From assembly GCA_018052735.1 (NCBI GenBank), contig JAGPMT010000004.1, positions 96,558 to 160,557 on the forward strand: a stretch of DNA of 64,000 nt, given 5' to 3'. Below the pieces are notes generated by a model. The model saw only the letters and a program-made list of their open reading frames with translations, ran no database searches and had not been told where the DNA came from. The translations under genes and the position numbers were made by a program. The stretch comes from Phycisphaerae bacterium (GTDB lineage: Bacteria; Planctomycetota; Phycisphaerae; Sedimentisphaerales; Anaerohalosphaeraceae). Of the stretch, positions 63,312 through 64,000 are shown in pieces. Within the stretch, counting starts at the first letter, position 1, and each line of letters opens with the position of its first letter.

Positions 63312-64000
63312 TCAAAAAAGTCTAACAGGCGCTTTTTTCAAAACCGGAAATCGAAAATCGGCTATTGAAAATCTCATCCGTGCTGGGTTGTATCCTCTAA
63401 TCCCAAACACAATTGTCCTGCCAAAGTAGGCCCAGTTGAGGACAAATGGGTAGATAAAATGACTCCGTCCATTCGGGGCCCACAGCCAGCGAAAGGACCG
63501 CCGAAATATTCTCCATGGTGAATAGAATTTTCGGATAATCCAATCCGCGCCGGCCTGGAGCTGCTCAGCTGACATTTGACGGGGCTCAAAAACTACATGG
63601 CGATAATCATAATGTTCAAAATTATTATCCATAATACGGTCTGCCATCTGACTGTATAAAGGAGTGCCCGGCAGGGGCGTCAAAACAGAAACCTGAACGG
63701 CATCCATGCCGATATTCTCAAGCATTTTCAATGTCCGTTCAAATACATCGACGCAGTCTTCATCAAAACCAAAGATTACGCCGGATTCCACAAAAATCCC
63801 GTGTCTGTGGAGCGCACGAATCGCATTTTTATATCTTTCGGGCTTATTAAAATTTTTATCCGATTGGTTAAGACTTTGTTCATTAAACGTTTCCAGCCCG
63901 ATGAACAAACCGACGCATCCGGCTTTGGCCAATGCCGTCAAAAGTTCCTGGTCATGGGCTACTTCGATAGAGGCCTGTGTAATCCAATGCTTTTTGAGCG
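63312..64000 (-). CDS. B12-binding-type radical SAM protein, C-terminal part (DUF4070-like tail); 5' end beyond the window
   Basis: The reading frame stays open to position 64000 (..LKKHWITQASIEVAHDQELLTALAKAGCVGLFIGLETF..). The track 'start' at 63941 is only an internal TTG. The C-terminal FYSPWRIFRRSFRWLW tail is typical of DUF4070. Confidence 0.7.
   Translation of the reverse strand, partial: LKKHWITQASIEVAHDQELLTALAKAGCVGLFIGLETFNEQSLNQSDKNFNKPERYKNAIRALHRHGIFVESGVIFGFDEDCVDVFERTLKMLENIGMDAVQVSVLTPLPGTPLYSQMADRIMDNNFEHYDYRHVVFEPRQMSAEQLQAGADWIIRKFYSPWRIFRRSFRWLWAPNGRSHFIYPFVLNWAYFGRTIVFGIRGYNPARMRFSIADFRFPVLKKAPVRLF

Noticed and set aside
1-64000. Looked for CRISPR arrays, tRNA/rRNA genes, IS elements, integrases, toxin-antitoxin pairs and known defence-system genes
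   Set aside because: I found no direct-repeat/spacer arrays, no tRNA T-arm (GGTTCGAATCC-like) motifs in the intergenic regions, and no transposase, integrase or nuclease-type ORFs. The absence was judged by eye only and should be confirmed with tRNAscan-SE, Infernal and defence-system finders.

Overview
This 64-kb window is about 50% GC, densely coding, and has no rRNA, tRNA, CRISPR array, transposase or integrase that I could see. All domain calls come from motif recognition by eye; no database search was run.

Gene content suggests a PVC-superphylum bacterium (Planctomycetota/Phycisphaerae-like or a Kiritimatiellota/Lentisphaerota relative). The evidence is AFTLVELLVV-type DUF1559-like prepilins, Tat-exported Gfo/Idh/MocA, xylose-isomerase-like TIM-barrel and DUF1080 genes, and giant LamG/dockerin/LTD/CotH surface proteins. 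This placement is inference only.

Left half (1-25 kb):
- A partial secreted repeat protein.
- Two GH51 arabinofuranosidases flanking an orphan larB.
- tsaD, an RNase D-like gene, a DUF362 protein and a lipoprotein.
- A PilZ protein, a cytoplasmic histidine kinase and a sigma54-dependent response regulator.
- RNase P RNA (rnpB, minus strand). The supplied ORFs there are artefacts.
- A clan GH-A glycosidase, carB and cimA.
- A four-gene periplasmic sugar oxidation cluster.

Right half (25-64 kb), almost entirely on the minus strand:
- A 2119-aa LamG/dockerin/LTD/CotH protein.
- An Rrf2-controlled porin-sbp-cysTWA sulfate uptake operon.
- An eight-gene secretin-less T2SS / type-IV-filament-like operon.
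- An 887-aa beta-helix/CARDB/dockerin protein.
- An ECF sigma / ZAS anti-sigma pair.
- An orphan promoter-to-terminator structured RNA candidate.
- A long lipid-related gene string: B12-type radical SAM, lysophospholipase-like hydrolase, zinc-ribbon membrane protein, LplT-PlsC-Aas triple fusion, DUF2339, a 945-aa unknown and a lipase-like hydrolase.

The most interesting observation is an identical ECF-type promoter motif, GGTAAC-N17-CGTC. It sits in front of both the ECF sigma gene and the GspE/2xGspF/pseudopilin operon. This suggests a signal-controlled, atypical type-IV-filament-like machine.
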